From the NCBI GenBank assembly GCA_964106645.2, contig OZ078259.1: a stretch of DNA of 64,000 nucleotides. One strand, 5' to 3'. This stretch comes from Podarcis pityusensis. Its lineage: Eukaryota. Shown here piece after piece: positions 25,434 through 39,321 of this stretch. Below the pieces are notes generated by a model. It ran no database searches and was not told the DNA's origin. It was given only the letters and a program-made list of their open reading frames with translations. How positions within the stretch are numbered: position 1 is the first letter of the stretch; each line of letters starts with the position of its first letter. Both the position numbers and the translations under genes were made by a program.

Positions 25434-26292
25434 GTGAGTCTTACGATGTCAGTGGGAGGGGGCTCCCCTTCCTCCCCTTCCCTGATACAGGGACACTTTT
25501 AAGCATTTGCTAATTATCATGGCATTCGCATCCCATCCTTCTCCCTCCCTCCCCTCTCTGTTTTATCTCCACAACAGCCCTGCGAGGTAGGCTAGGTTAA
25601 GTTAGGTTGAGGGATATGGTTGGCAGGCCTACTAGGCCTCGTGGCTGAATGGGTAGATATTCATATTCTGTCCCTGCTTTCCTGCAAGGAGCTTGGGGTA
25701 ATACAGCCGTTTCTTTCCTCTCCCCCGCCCACCTCCATTTTATGTTCACAACCACCCTTTGAGGTAGGTTTAAGCTGAGAGAGACCATGGGTTTCATGGC
25801 TGAGTGGGTGATGGCTGGGGGTTTTTTTAATTTTAAAAAAACCAAAACCCTAAACTGTTCTTCATCCTGACAAATTGCAGAGGGCTGTAGACAATAATTG
25901 GCAGGCTGGAGAATAGTAATAATACAGTAATAAGAATGCAATGTCACATCCTCCCTGCGGAAAAAACGAGAGGCTACAAATTATTATAGCACTGCAAAGC
26001 AAGCAACGGTCAGTTCGAAATGCCTAAGCAAACAATAATCATGTGAACAGGTGGCAAAAAGTTTGTGGTGATTATTCAAGTTGAACTTCCTTATAAAGGC
26101 AGGGCACCACCACAAAAAAAGTCTAAAACACAAGTATTCTGACTCTCTCCCCCCACCCCGGCCGCCGCCACCACCACCATTCCTCGTTTTGATGCTCCTT
26201 CTGCTGTACCACATTGTCTTTTCCTCACCCCCAACCCTCATTTCAGTGGCCTCCTTGAAAGCTTTGTGCATGTGTGCATCCGTTTAATGAGC

Positions 26293-26483
26293 TGAACAAA
26301 GGAAACTGTCTTATACAAAGTCGCATCGTTGGTCCATCTAGGTAAATATTCTCTACACTGGCAGGCAGAGGCTGTCCAGAGTTCAAGACAAGAAGTCCCC
26401 CAGCCCTACCTAGAGATGCGATTGGGGATTGAACCTGGGACCTTATGCATGCAAAGCAGATGCTCTCCCACTGAGTCACAGCC
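26293..26483 (-). mobile_element. Squamate tRNA-derived SINE (Squam3-like)
   Basis: Minus strand: CTCAGTGGGAGAGCATCTGCTTTGCATGCATAAGGTCCCAGGTTCAATCCCC...TAGATGGACCAA; partial relatives near 4375, 30800, 35230 and 56580. Confidence 0.65.
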
Positions 26484-27376
26484 TTTCTAGGACTATACCA
26501 CACACATTCAAACTTATTATTGAGGCACAGATGCTGCATGAAGACCAGATCCCAGCACAGGGCTGGGAGATGCAAACTGCCTTAAGTAGGAGAGAGGGAG
26601 CAGGGAAAGGGGCGGATCATCTCTATCTTTGTGGGCTTGATTTTACCCCCAAAAAAGGAGTATATTCGCACACATCTGCTTTTGAAACTTTTAAGGCTGC
26701 CTTAGGACACTGGCAACAAGGGAGTGGCCTGTGAAATGAATGCCAAAATCAGCCTCTAAAGCAGTCTTCCCCCAAACTGATGCAGTCCAGATATTGCTGG
26801 ACTCCAGCTCCCATCAGTCCCAGGCGCCATGGACTATGGTCAGGGATAAATGAAGTTGTAGTTCAAAACATCTGGATGGCACCAGGCTAAGGAAGGCTGT
26901 TCTAAGGCATCAAACCTATTTGTCTTGCTGCTGCATACCATGTGTCATGTTTTCCAAGGCCTTCAGTCATCCTTACAACAACTGGGCAAGAGAGGTTAGT
27001 ATAGGTATCCCCATATTACAGGGTGGCAATGAGGGGAGCCGAGAGAATAGTTGCTTGCCTAAGATCACCTTGTGAATCCACAGCTGTTCAACCAAGATTT
27101 GAACCAGCTAGGGACTTCCTACTCACACTCTCACCCACTAGACTACAGTAGCTTTCTAATGCAGTGATAGGCACTGTGGACCTTTGGGTCTTGTTGAACT
27201 CCCAATTCCCATCAGCTTCAGCTAGCATGGCCAGTGATCAAGGATGATGGGAGTTGTAGTTCAGCAACATCTAGAAGACCACAGGTTCTACCCTCCTAAC
27301 TGCAGAGTATTTAGATTTTAAATACAAGGGTGGACTAAAAAAAGGAATTATTAGTTACATATAACTAAATATGAAA

Positions 27377-27721
27377 GGGACGCGGATGGTGCTGTGGTCT
27401 AAACCACTGAGCCTAGGGCTTGCCGATCAGAAGGTCAGCAGTTTGAATCCCCATGACGGGGTGAGCTCCCATTGCTTGGTCCCTGCTCCTGCCAACCTAG
27501 CAGTTTGAAAGCACGTCAAAGTGCAAGTAGATAAATAGGTACCACTCTGGCGGTACTCTGGTTTCCGTGCGCTGTTCTGGTTTTGCTGGCTACATGCTGG
27601 CTTGAAAAAACTGTCTTCGGACAAACTTCGGCTTCCTTGGCCAGTAAAGCAAGGTGAGCGCCACAACCCCAGAGGCGTTCACGACTGGACTTAACTATCA
27701 GGGGTCCTTTACCTTTACCTT
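27377..27721 (+). mobile_element. Sauria SINE
   Basis: Same family as 7709-8062, ACCTTT tail, flanking direct repeat TAACTAAATAT. Confidence 0.88.
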
Positions 27722-30619
27722 TAACTAAATATAGAGAAGAAAAAAAGTAGTTTCTCTTCTCCCACTCCACCAGTTCGAGACCCAACAGTGTTGTGCTGAT
27801 TTCATCTGAAGGCTGAATAATCTGTATAATCCTTCCTTAGGTCCTTCTTTCTTGCCATATGCACAATATCTAATTTATCTTCAGTCTAGAGGAACAGTCA
27901 TCCCCTAGTGCAAATTTCTATCTCGCTGTGTCCAGAAATAAAGAACATTATTGTACAGTGGCTTTTTGCTGCTTCAACAGCATAGTTAAAGGATAACTAG
28001 GTGATATTAAAACAAAAAGTGTGGGCATCTGCTATTGGTATGTTAGCTTCACAGCAGCTATGCTCTGCATTTTTTTGTCCCTCAGAATGTACAATGCTAA
28101 GGTGAAAATTATTTAAAAGATGACCAGATAAATCTTGAAATTAACTTGATTTATTTGGAGCTGGAGTATCTTGTCTCATAGATCATAGAATTGTAGAGCT
28201 GGACGCCAGAACCCCTTTGTCATGCAAGGTAGGAATGCTGTTTGGAACATTATATAGTTCTGCCCATATATGTTGGCCAAAGAAAAGAATGTTGACCTCT
28301 GTTCCATGTTCAACTGTTTCTAGATTGGGCATGTTGGAACTATACCTTTGTTCCTGCTTTGCTTTTCTCCACTATGCTAGCTGCTGGTGGAATTTTCTGC
28401 TGGTGTGTCAATTAAGTTCTATCAGTGAATATGTCATACCAGCACTGTTGCTCCAGATCTGCCAAATTCTGCCACTTCCTAAAGCCCCTCAGGCAGGGTA
28501 ACTGCAGTATAGGGTTGTGTCCTTCGTTTGCTAACAGTTTTCTGTCACTCCGTTTCTCTCCTGTAAACTCCTAAACAGTAGATGAGAGATATGTATGCCA
28601 GAGAATGATCATTGTCTTAAAACATTGACGTATAGATCCCAAATGAAAACAGAATATATACTTTGGCTTGCCTGGCTGTTTTGTGGTGCGAGCTTTCAGA
28701 TTTTTATACAGCGCATAAAATTAACATGCCACACTTCTTTTCTTCTTTTTTAGTGCTGTTGATTTTTTTTTTCCTTTTGGAAAACCCACCTACTGACCAG
28801 AGCACTGTGTGACATCAGAACAAAGATCCTTCAGGTTTGTGGAAATAAGTTGAGTGATATTCAGCTACTTCATAATCAAGGTGGACCTACTGAAACAATG
28901 GTTTTGAGTTCAGTTAAGGCCACTGATTTCAGTAGGTGTGGTCTGAGTATGATTGACATTGAATAACACTCCATACTTCCCACTTGCAGGTACTTCTAGG
29001 GGTTGGCCAGGTTGGGCTCTACCAAGGGGGAGCCAAAATCATGCCTTTCAGCTCTGGTTCTGAGTGGCTAGGAGGCTGCCCACCCATCTGTGCACTCCTC
29101 CACTGCTCTGGATAGCCAGGCAAGGCATGCAGGCTGCTCCGGGCATCTCCATGGAGGAATCTGGTTGCTGATGTGGGCCACCACAACGGGGGGCCCTCCC
29201 CAGTCGGCCAGCTATTAGAAGTGTGAGTGGAACACCCAGCAGAGCTTGGGGAGGGAGAAGAAAGACAGGAAGAGCAGGCAAGAGTTGCAGGAGGAAGAAA
29301 AAGGAAGGAAGGAGGCAGAAGGGAAAGCTGCGTACGGAGAGAGACAGGCAGGCAGATGGACAGATGGAGGAGACACAGGAGGGGGAGCAGAGCAGATCCA
29401 ACCCTGATGGCCACAGAGGAAGTCACTGGCAGAGAGTGGAAGACAACGAAAAGCAAACTTTTTGAGTTTCTGGTCCATGGTGTCGCCTGGCTCAAAGGCA
29501 CTGATACACCTCCTTCCCTAGGGTGTCGGGCGGTAGGCGATACAGCTGCTTGCCAAGTGCACAAGTGAGCCTAGGTATGCCTCTGCCCACTTGATACAAG
29601 TCCTCTTTCCCCACCACCACCAGCATTGGTAGAGTTTGTGGAATTTGTTACGAGTGGTGGCTGCTTAGAAGCCTATCAGGGTTGCTCTCTGAGAAGACTA
29701 GTAATGGAAAGCAGGCATTCCCTGAATGACACATTGCCTACCATAATCAATATTTCCCCTGCTGCATAGCTGCAGGAGAGTGTTTGGTATGTTCAGTTCC
29801 ATGCTTGCAGGTGACAGGTCTGCAGGCTCTACCTTGCATTTTAATAGAACTTTGGAGACCAGTAACCAAAACCGCACCGCACCCCCGGAGGCGTGTGGAG
29901 CCAGATCCAATATAGTGGCTCAGGAGGCAAGGCCAGTTATCTGCTGCACCCTATGTGCAGCACATATATATGGTGACCTAATCTCCCCAAGGTGAAGAAG
30001 GGTATTTAAATATAATTAAAGAACAGTTCAAGAATATGAGATAAAAGCTACTACAGCTGCAATAGTGCAGCTGGTTCCTATAGTAAGCCCAACTGAATGG
30101 TTTGAAACGTAATTCCAATTAAACATAGGATTGCACTTCAAGTAGCTGTTAGACTATTGCTGGTATAATGACCACTTTTTCCAATTAAGAGGTTGTTATC
30201 TTTTATCACGGTTTAGCCAGTCCCAGAATGTCTTTGTCAACAAGCCAGCATGAAAGGCTCTCTCTTTCCTCATCCTCCCTTTCACAGAGATAGTAGGATT
30301 TTATGTAGCTATGTCATTCTCAGAGTATGCCTATTGAAATCAATCAACTTGACTTATTTTAGTCCTTTGATTTTTGTGGCTCTACCCTGAGTATGACTTT
30401 AGTTGCATATAACCACTAGACTCCTGCACAGGAAATATCATCCTACTTTATGCTATGTTATGAGTGTTTGTTCCTTATCACCTGTGGGAAAAAATATCAT
30501 GCTAAACCTCCTATTCATTTAAGCACTTGAAAGCAACAGCTGCCTCCCTAAGATATGACACTGAAGCTAGAACATTTACAAGATTCTATTAGATTCCCTC
30601 ATGTCTTTTTCTGGTAGAC

Positions 30620-30790
30620 CCAGGGGTAGTCAACATTTTTAATACCTACTGCCCACTAATGCATCTTTCTTCATGGTAGAATTTCCTTACCGCCCACCAG
30701 TGCTCAATGGAAGGAGGATTCAGCTTGTGCCGTAGAACCCCACCGCCCACCTAGAATCCTGAGCAGTAGGGACCAGGTTGACAACCCCTG
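30620..30790. mobile_element. hAT-type MITE
   Basis: TIRs CAGGGGTAGTCAAC / GTTGACAACCCCTG; TSD TGGTAGAC/AGGTAGAC. Confidence 0.7.
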
Positions 30791-31362
30791 AGGTAGACAG
30801 TTTGTCTGTTGAGCCTAGTGTTGTCTCCTCTGACTGGCAACAGCTCTTCATCATCTCAGGAGGCCACTGTCCCACCACCTGCTACCTAACTGGAGATGCT
30901 GGCTAGTATTCAGTTTAACACTAAGTAACCATCCCATCATTTACACTTGCACAATGATACTTCAACACACACCAATCCTCACCATGCTCTGGGTGGGTTC
31001 TCCTAACACTCCAGAATAGATTTGGGGAGGATGCAGGGGAGAAAGAGGGGGTGGAGTCCTGTTGCAAGTGTTAAATCCTTGCACTGATGGGGATGGTTAC
31101 TTAATGCTGCATTGGATACAAGCCACTGGAATTTGAACTCAAGCCATTGTGCACACATTGAAAGCATGTGCTGCGCTCATTGAGCTATGGTTCCTTGGGA
31201 GAAAGTCCTGCCATACTCAATGCAATTTACTCCTTAGTGTGTTGAGGATTGCAGCCGTAGTTGGTTACAAATTCAGATGGGGTATTTGTTTGTTTATATG
31301 TTTGGCAAAAAGCATGTGTTTTTCCCCCACCTGCCCACCCACCCAGATCTCTCCTAGGAAAC

Positions 31363-32313
31363 ATGATTTCCGAAAGCGGCTCATTTGTGAAGGGCATGAT
31401 GCTTGGAGGGATTTTCTGCGTCTTGGTCACTCTTCTAGGACACATTAAGATGGGCCACAGCACTACGTCTCACGAGCACCGCCATCTCCAGGCTCCCAAA
31501 AAGGAGGACGTTTTAAACCTCTCAGAGGACGAGCGCCTGGAATTGAGCCAGAGCATCCGTGTGTATTGCATCATCCTTGTCAAACCAAAGGATCTTGGGC
31601 ACTGGGCAGCTGTTAAAGATACATGGAGCAAACACTGTGACAAGGCAGAATTCTACAGTTCCGAGAAGGTCAAAGTCTTTGACTCCATCGTGCTAAACAC
31701 AGATGACATGTGGTCAATGATGAGAAAAGCATACAAATTTGCATATGAAAACTACAGAGATGACTTCAACTGGTTCTTCCTGGCCCACCCTACCACATTC
31801 GCCGTTATTGAAAACCTAAAATATTTCTTGCTGAAACAAGACGCGTCCCAGCCATTCTACACGGGCAGAACAGAGACATCTGGAGACTTGCAGTATGTGA
31901 ACGGGGATGGAGGAATCGTCTTAAGCATAGAGTCACTAAGGCGCCTTTACAAAGTTTTTGAGGATCCAGACAAGTGTCCTGAACAAGGGGGCATGATTTG
32001 GAAGCTCTCTGAGGATAAGCAGCTAGCTGTCTGCTTGAAGTACACTGGGGTACATGCTGAGAATGCAGAAGACTCTGAAAAGAAGGACATCTTCAACACC
32101 AAGTCAGTTGGCTCTCTCATTAAAGAGGCCATGTCAATTCACCCAGATGAGGTGGTGGAAGGCTGTTGTTCAGATATGGCTATCACCTTCAGCGGATTAG
32201 CTCCTAATCACATGCACGTTATGATGTATGGAGTTTACAGACTCAGAGCATATGGGCATAGTTTCAACGATGCCTTGGTTTTCTTGCCTCCCCCAGGCTC
32301 TGATAACGATTAA
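31363..32313 (+). CDS. C1GALT1C1: C1GALT1-specific chaperone 1 (COSMC), single coding exon, 316 aa
   Basis: Reads [29 protein letters not shown]...[28 protein letters not shown], as expected for vertebrate COSMC: N-terminal signal-anchor, and FFLAHPTTF where catalytic C1GALT1 has its DxD motif. The ATG at 31363 lies just after acceptor ctcctag|G (exon from 31358); the ORF-track start at 31261 is intronic. Confidence 0.97.
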   Translation: MISESGSFVKGMMLGGIFCVLVTLLGHIKMGHSTTSHEHRHLQAPKKEDVLNLSEDERLELSQSIRVYCIILVKPKDLGHWAAVKDTWSKHCDKAEFYSSEKVKVFDSIVLNTDDMWSMMRKAYKFAYENYRDDFNWFFLAHPTTFAVIENLKYFLLKQDASQPFYTGRTETSGDLQYVNGDGGIVLSIESLRRLYKVFEDPDKCPEQGGMIWKLSEDKQLAVCLKYTGVHAENAEDSEKKDIFNTKSVGSLIKEAMSIHPDEVVEGCCSDMAITFSGLAPNHMHVMMYGVYRLRAYGHSFNDALVFLPPPGSDND

Positions 32314-32805
32314 GACTTGTTCCTCAGGAGATTGTATGTGAAGGGTGTAAAATGTGTAGTCTTAATGTATGGTATCCTTCAGCAAACAGCATGTACATAA
32401 GCCGATCCAAATTTTGTATTTGAAGGTAATGATGTAACTACATGTTTTGCACAAACTGGTTTTATAATCTTTACAAGTGGAGAAAAGGGGTAGGGGCTTA
32501 AAAACAACAACTCTCCTAGAAATTTGAGTTGTTGCCTTCTGAAAAATTGTTCAAGGTTTCCTTATCAACAAAAATCTCTAGTGGGTATATGAATATTTAA
32601 AATGAAAAATCATCCTCAGTCTACTGTAAATTAAATCTATTTTTTGCAGTTTTGGGGTTTGTGTGTCTTCCATCCTTTCACAGTGGCAGCTTTTCATGCT
32701 CGAAGGGGATGGAAAAATACAAATAATGCCTTTAAAACAGCCTTCAGTTATTTCCTTTTGACTTGGTGGGATGGGAGATGAGCTCAACCTTATTGTTCGT
32801 TTTTA

Positions 32806-32811
32806 AATAAA
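32806..32811 (+). terminator. Candidate poly(A) signal of C1GALT1C1
   Basis: AATAAA about 490 nt after the stop, followed by T/GT-rich sequence. Confidence 0.55.
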
Positions 32812-34134
32812 ACATTTCTGTTCTTGTCATTCATGTAAAAATGTGGTTAAGTACGTACTCCATTAGGCACCCTGAGGCTACTACTCCCCATTCCTACACC
32901 AGTTCTTACTGCTAGACTCCCTTCAGAGTATATGTGGCAATGCAGATAGATGCACTGAGGGGGCAGCAGGTAATGAAAACCTAACCTAGGGGAAACCTCA
33001 AGTGTAGGAGTCAAATTTGGTCCTCTAGCCTAAGGACTCTTCCCAGGCCACAGCTCACTTGATCCATCCTTTGAGTATTCTTCCGTGAGTGGGATGCATC
33101 CTTGGAACTATAACAACTTACTTGCCTGGATGGAGGTGGGCAGGGTCAACACTCCTGCCTTGTAACCTACTGAATAGCCATCTATTGCTCTGCCCACTTT
33201 TACTTCTGGCCTCACAGGTTGCTGATAAAAGGAATGAAGCTCATGGACTTTAAAAGTTTATCCACTGCAGTTTCATGTTTCCAAGAACTACTGCATGCCT
33301 AGTAGACTAGCAACAGGCTTAGAGTATCCAGAGCTCCAGTTACACCAGTGCAAGAGACTTCTGCTTGTGGATCAGAATCTCCCCCTCCTTTCCTTCCCCC
33401 CCTGCAGGGCTGGGGAACCCTCTGGAGCAGAGATTTGGGGCACATAGGGAAAGGAGAGATAGAAGGCCCATTGTATGCACAGAGTCCTGATCATGGAGCA
33501 CTGGATGCAACTTGCAGTTACTATCATTGTTTCTGAAGCTTTTCAGTTTCCAAATAAATTAGGCCTCTGGAGTAACTGCTGCCTCATAGACGTCACTCTG
33601 AAGTTGTGGGTGTATGATTTGTTGTGGTTCGCAGCTTTTTTAAAATTTTATTTTCATTGTTTATAAACTGCTTTCACCCTAAATGGTCGCAATAATAAAT
33701 AAAAATACTGATTTGTGTTTTTAAAAGAACAAATAAGGCAAGTTCAAGTTCAATAAGCAGGTGTAGTACAAATTACTTAAAATGCCTGCTGAAACAGAAA
33801 GGGTTCTGGCAAGCAGCTGAAATTCAACAGGGAGGGAACCTGTCTAATCTCAGGCAGGAGGGAGTTGGGCAAAATCAGAATCACACCGCTGAATGTATGG
33901 ATCCTGGTGGATAAGCCACTAACAGAGGCCCCCTCAAATATCTGAATGACAGGGCAGGGACATAAGGAATCAGCCAGTTCTTCAGGTAACCAGGCTTTGC
34001 AAATTAATAGAAGAACCTTGAACTTGCCTCAACAAAATAAGGGCAAGCTTTTAAGCATCAGGGTTATATTCAGATATTGTGGGCTGCACATTACCAACTC
34101 ATTTTGTACATGCTCTGGTTATTTGCAGTAGTCA

Positions 34135-34287
34135 TTTATTACACTAGCTATTACTGAAGCACATAAAAACTTGGTTTGACAATTTCATGGATGTAGGCAC
34201 CACAGTTCATGAGAGTTAAAACGCCAAAGGACAGGTGTAAAGAAAACCATCTCAGCTGATGATATTTCAGCATTCACTTGATTTATT
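34135..34287 (-). terminator. Two candidate poly(A) signals of MCTS1
   Basis: TTTATT on + (AATAAA on -) at 34282-34287 and 34135-34140. Confidence 0.5.
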
Positions 34288-34380
34288 TAGCATCACCACA
34301 AAGTTTACATTTAATCACACATTTTAAAAGAAGAATTAAAAACAGGCCAAGATGAAAGGCAATGGATTCTTCCTGCTGCT

Positions 34381-34462
34381 TCACTTATACGTCTTCATAT
34401 GCCAGAGACCATCATTTAAATAGTGGATATTCTCAATGCCAATTCCTTTGTTGACCTTCTCA
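34381..34462 (-). CDS. MCTS1: MCTS1 exon 6 (last coding exon)
   Basis: cag|T then [29 protein letters not shown]. Exon sum 11+153+98+134+68+82 = 546 nt = 181 aa plus stop, with consistent phases. Confidence 0.96.
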
Positions 34463-36218
34463 CTGCAGAGGAAAGGAGGGGAAGATAATAGCAAACATTG
34501 ATTTCCAGATCTCCAGGATAGGTATTTAGAATGTAAACTAACAGGACTAGCCTTCACACCAACTTGTTAAATTAAGACAAATACTTTTTCCATTGATCCT
34601 TAATAACAACTCTCAAAACTATGGGCATTTTATTTTGGGGGGGAAATGGCTACATTGAGAACTTTTTATAAACACATACACACCTTGGGTGTCTTTTACA
34701 CTTTTAAAGCATAAGAACTGTGAATCATCCTCCCTCCTTCCAGCATATTAATCCTGTCTCAGCAGAAAACTTGCTCTTTTTATTATTTAAAATTTTGAGT
34801 GCATTTTTTTCTTGTTCAAACATTCATAATAGTTTATAGGGAAGGATAGTTGATGAGAGGGAAGCAGGGGAGTTAATTTGATCACCGTCATACATCAGAT
34901 TACATACTGTATTTATGTAAATCTAATGCGCCATTGAATCTAATGCACACCCTAATTTTCGTAGTGTATTTGGCCAAAAAATTACATTTGAGTAAATACA
35001 GTAATTTAAAACTGTTGTATACTAAAACAGATTACTTGGTCCATCTTGCCAACGCTGTGTTATACCGAACTACATCATACTTGGAGTAGACCCTTCAAAA
35101 TTTGTGGACATGACTAACCTAAGGCCAATAGGTATACTATAACGTAGCTAGCTAAAGCACAGTGACTGACATGGCTCTTAGGCAAAGATTTTCTTCCAGC
35201 ACTATTTCAGATCCTTTTAACAAGATCCTGGGCCCTTCTGCATAAGAAGCTTAACCACTAAGCTACAGCCCCTCTTATTAAATAATATGGAGTACTGCCA
35301 CCACTTATTAACAGATGCAATTGAAAGAAGATTTGGATGAACATCTACTGCTGGTCTGGAAGGCAATTCGTTTTGCAAATCACCTGGGCAAGGAACTCCA
35401 GTTACTGATCTGTGCAAAACCAGCATGGTGTGCTGGTTACTGCCAATATTAGGTCCTGGGAGGCCCATGTTCAAAGCCCCACCAGACATAAAGTTCACCA
35501 GGTGACACTGCCATCTCTCAGCCCAACACACATCATCAGGTTGCTGAGAGGGGGGGAAATGGAAGGGTGGGAAAGAGAACTATGTACATCACCTTGAGTT
35601 CATTGGAAGGGATATAAATGGCACAATCTCATGTAATAATAAAAGATTCCCCGAACTCTCTAGCCAGCCACAAAAGATCTATCCATCATCATATTTGTTC
35701 AAGGGCTCAGAGAATGCTAGCAGTAAAAGTGCAATAGAATGTTATTAAGGCATATACTTCAAAATCCTGGCTGAGGAAATTTACAGCTGAGGACATTTCA
35801 TTTTTGTGGGAAATCTCAAAACTCATAGTTAAGCCCACATTCCATGTCTGGATCTTAGTTTTGAGTATATGCATCTTTTATGAAACAGATTGCAAATATA
35901 CATTTCATCTAAGAGCTTCATTTCACTATTTAGTTGCGACTTAAAGAAAAAAGGAGGAGAGGATGTACAGTTACAACCAATGAAAAGTGAATAATTTATG
36001 GGTTTTCCGAACAATTATGTAAATGGAGAAAAACCTAAAGTCTTCCTTTGGGGAGGAGAGCTTTCAACCTAGATCAGAAAATTAATTTACAGTACTCCTA
36101 TTACTGATATGCAGTTGAATTACACCCATAAGGAACTACTGCTTTGTTTTGGATAATAAAAGATTCCAATGAAACCTATAATTCTGCTAGACTTGGAAAT
36201 CTATGCAATACTTGAATA

Positions 36219-36447
36219 CAGGCAGGCCCCATTTGCATGGGGGTTACATTGTGTGGCACCACGCACGTCAGTGAAATCACGTATAACAAACCCATTGAAA
36301 AAGCCAGCAAATTCCCTGTTCTGCCCTGCCCTTTTAGTGATGTTTCAGTGACAGCTTTATGTTGTTTCTGGGTCACTTCCAGGTTTGGCATGATATGCAT
36401 AAAACAGTAACACACATATAGAACACACGTAAACAGAGGGTTGCCTG
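36219..36447. mobile_element. Diverged Tigger-like MITE in MCTS1 intron 5
   Basis: TA|CAGGCAGGCCCC ... GAGGGTTGCCTG|TA imperfect TIRs. Confidence 0.5.
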
Positions 36448-37409
36448 TATGTCTCAGTTTTGGTTATGTTTGGTTTGGTTTTAAGTTGCTTTGTGTTGCC
36501 TAGGGCAAGATAAAGTGACAGCATTATCATTATCAGCATCATAATCATGTTAGTAATTTTTCTTTGTTAAAATCCAACTTCTATCAGATGAGACTTGTCT
36601 GAAATATGACACTAATGCATGCTTCTTTCCAATACTTTTGGAAATAGAAGAACAAATTTAAAGTGAAACACTGGAGGTGATGGGAAGAGCCTTGTCATTC
36701 AGTAATGGAAAAGGACAGTGCAAGTTTGTATTTAAGCATTCACCTGGTAGTCATATGTGACATTGACATGGAATTGCATGCAAGCAAGTGGGCTGGTAGA
36801 AAGAGAGAAAGAGAAAGCATTCCAATGCTCTTCTGCACCCAGAAGAGAACCAAGCAGGCTGCCCAAGGAGAGACATCTCCTCCTCCTAACCCAAATGCAG
36901 ACATGGGAGTGGACATACAGGAACTCTTGGTGCCAGCTGTACCAAATTAGTGCAAAAGGTAACTTCACAGCTTAGCAACTTTTGTGGGCTTATTTACAAG
37001 GCTGGGCCAACACCATCATGAATGATCACCAGACAATATTAGATATTCACAGAGATGTGAAAAACAATGAAAGACCTATTTGAAGGTAGATGCTGTGGAT
37101 CGCATCAGCTCCTCAAGGGATCACCAACAGCCTGAGAGAATTTTATTCTACATTTTGGACCAGTTGCTTTAGTATTTGAGAACTATAAGCCATCTTGGGT
37201 ATCTTGGCAGAAAGTATATTTATTGTATTACCTACTGCTACTATTACTGCTACATTTCCATGTTACTGTCGCAGCTGGATGAGTTTGTGGGTCTGAGTCA
37301 AAATAAGTCTGAAGTTTTCCAAGTCCTTCATGTTGGCCTGAGCTACCCCACTCTAAAACAGGCAATGACAGTAAAGAGGTACATTATTTTTCTTAGAAAA
37401 TTAACTCAC

Positions 37410-37477
37410 ATATCCTCTGCCGACATCTTCATGACTCCAACACACAGGGCATGTTGCTTTCCTTCGGCCATTATTGC
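37410..37477 (-). CDS. MCTS1: MCTS1 exon 5
   Basis: tag|AIMAEGKQHALCVGVMKMSAED, AT|gtgagt; 68 nt. Confidence 0.95.
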
Positions 37478-38089
37478 CTATAATCACCAGCTAAGGAAAA
37501 CATCTGATATGTAGTATGAAAAAAGACAACAAGAACAGCAGCAGAAAGACTAACAAGGGAAACACTATTTCAAAATGGTCACAAGAATAGCGCGCTGAAG
37601 CAACTAACCTTTCCCTGCAGCTATGGAACATTTAGGTTTATAGTATAGCTAGAGGCACTGAAAAATACAAGACTCTCAATCCCTAAAACCTCAACCATTT
37701 CGCATCCAAGCAACCAACTATGTGCACCCAATTTACTTGTTGTATTTTTAATCACACTTTTCAGACATAAATATTGTCTCACAAAGCAGCTCACATCAAA
37801 CTAAGTAGCCAGCTAGCAAACTAAGAAGTCAAAGCATGCAAGGGAAAGGTAGAGGAAGGAGTTCACCCAATCCAGTCTCTGGACCCTCTACAATCATCCA
37901 ATGGTTTGCTGTCCCCCCAAGTTGTGTCAACATTTATGTGGAAAGATGACCACACTGAACTATAAAACCTAAACATTTAATGCAACTTTTAAAAAAACCC
38001 TAACCCTTTATGTTCAGTACAGCTTGCCCTGTCAGATGCTACATTGAAAAAGAAATATTGAGCAACACAGGGCAGCTATCCAAGGATAC

Positions 38090-38223
38090 CACGATTGTAT
38101 CAGCAGCAGATGGATAAAGTTTAGCTCCTGGAGACGTCAGACCAGGGCACATGATATTTGCTCCACTAAGTACAAATTTAATGGCTCCTTTATCAACTTG
38201 TTGATGTGGTAGAATGAATGGAT
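38090..38223 (-). CDS. MCTS1: MCTS1 exon 4 (PUA domain)
   Basis: cag|AT then [44 protein letters not shown]|gtatccttg (U12-type donor); 134 nt. Confidence 0.96.
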
Positions 38224-38639
38224 CTGAGAAGGGGCAGGGGAAAATTAGAACAGATACAACACTGACTGTTATCTGAACATGTAATACAGTCGTCATTTAG
38301 ATTATACAAACGTGTACTTTAAAGATACATGAAGTTGTATTGGAAGAAAAATGGTGTCACCAGCAAAATACTCCACCACTTCCATGTATTCTCTAAAAAG
38401 TGATCTTACACTTGGTAGGTTTTAGGTATTTATAATCTTAATACATATTGATGAAATTTAAATTGATTTATTCAAACATTTATTTCAATTAGGTATTTTC
38501 AAAGCAGCTTGCATGATCGTTCATGTTAATTCTGTAAACAAATTACGAAATAAACTATGACACTGAGAAAAAGAAGCCATGAAACTGAAAAAAGCAGTCA
38601 TAAAAAGCCTTCAGCAGAAAAGGAACAATTCATTCACAA

Positions 38640-39095
38640 CTCTGCTGGCTACCAGTTAGTTTCCGTGCCCAATTCAAAGTGCTGGTTTTGACCTATAAAG
38701 CAACATCTCAGGACCACAATACCTCAAGGACTGCCTCTTTCCATATGAACCAACCCAGACCCAGCAATCGTAATCTGACGCCCTTCTTTGTGTGCCTCCT
38801 CCACAAGAGGTCCAGAGGGTGGTAAAATGAGAATGGGCCTTTTTTGTGATGGCTCCCCGCTTGTGGAATGCTCTTCCCAGGGAGAATTGCCTGGTGCCTT
38901 TGTTACATAGCTTTAGGCTCCAGACAACAACATTCCTCTTCAGCCAGGCCTTTGGCTAATTAAACAACCTATGGCCTTTTAAACTGGGAGGTATTATATT
39001 TCTTTGTTACTAACTTATGTATTTTTGTTTCTCTATATTGTAAACCGCCTGGTGATCCTCAGATGAAGGCTAATAAGGAAATGTAATAAATAATA
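38640..39095 (+). mobile_element. L2-clade LINE 3' end
   Basis: WLPVSFRAQFKVLVLTYKA...AFFVMAPRLWNALP peptides and a (TAA)n-like tail. Confidence 0.75.
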
Positions 39096-39321
39096 TAATA
39101 GTAAGCACTGCAAACCCTCACTGTTCAAAACCAGCAATTAAAGCAGGCAATGACCATTTTGTACAGGGGTTACATTCCTGACCCCCACAAATGTCAGTGG
39201 AGTGAGCATAAGCCCTCTCCACTCCCACCCCTTTTCTGGCCATTTCCGGGTTGTGGCAATTGCACACATATTGAACAGGTAGTAATTCTCTCTTTTTATC
39301 CACCTCCATGTTTCTTTACAC

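Noticed and set aside
29019-29568. ORFs of 113-181 aa in the C1GALT1C1 intron (also 5161-6044)
   Set aside because: Purine-rich low-complexity, TE-like sequence with no domain signature or supporting splice structure.
31261-31362. 34-aa N-terminal extension of COSMC in the ORF track
   Set aside because: Starts at a non-ATG codon and lies mostly in the intron upstream of the acceptor at 31357.
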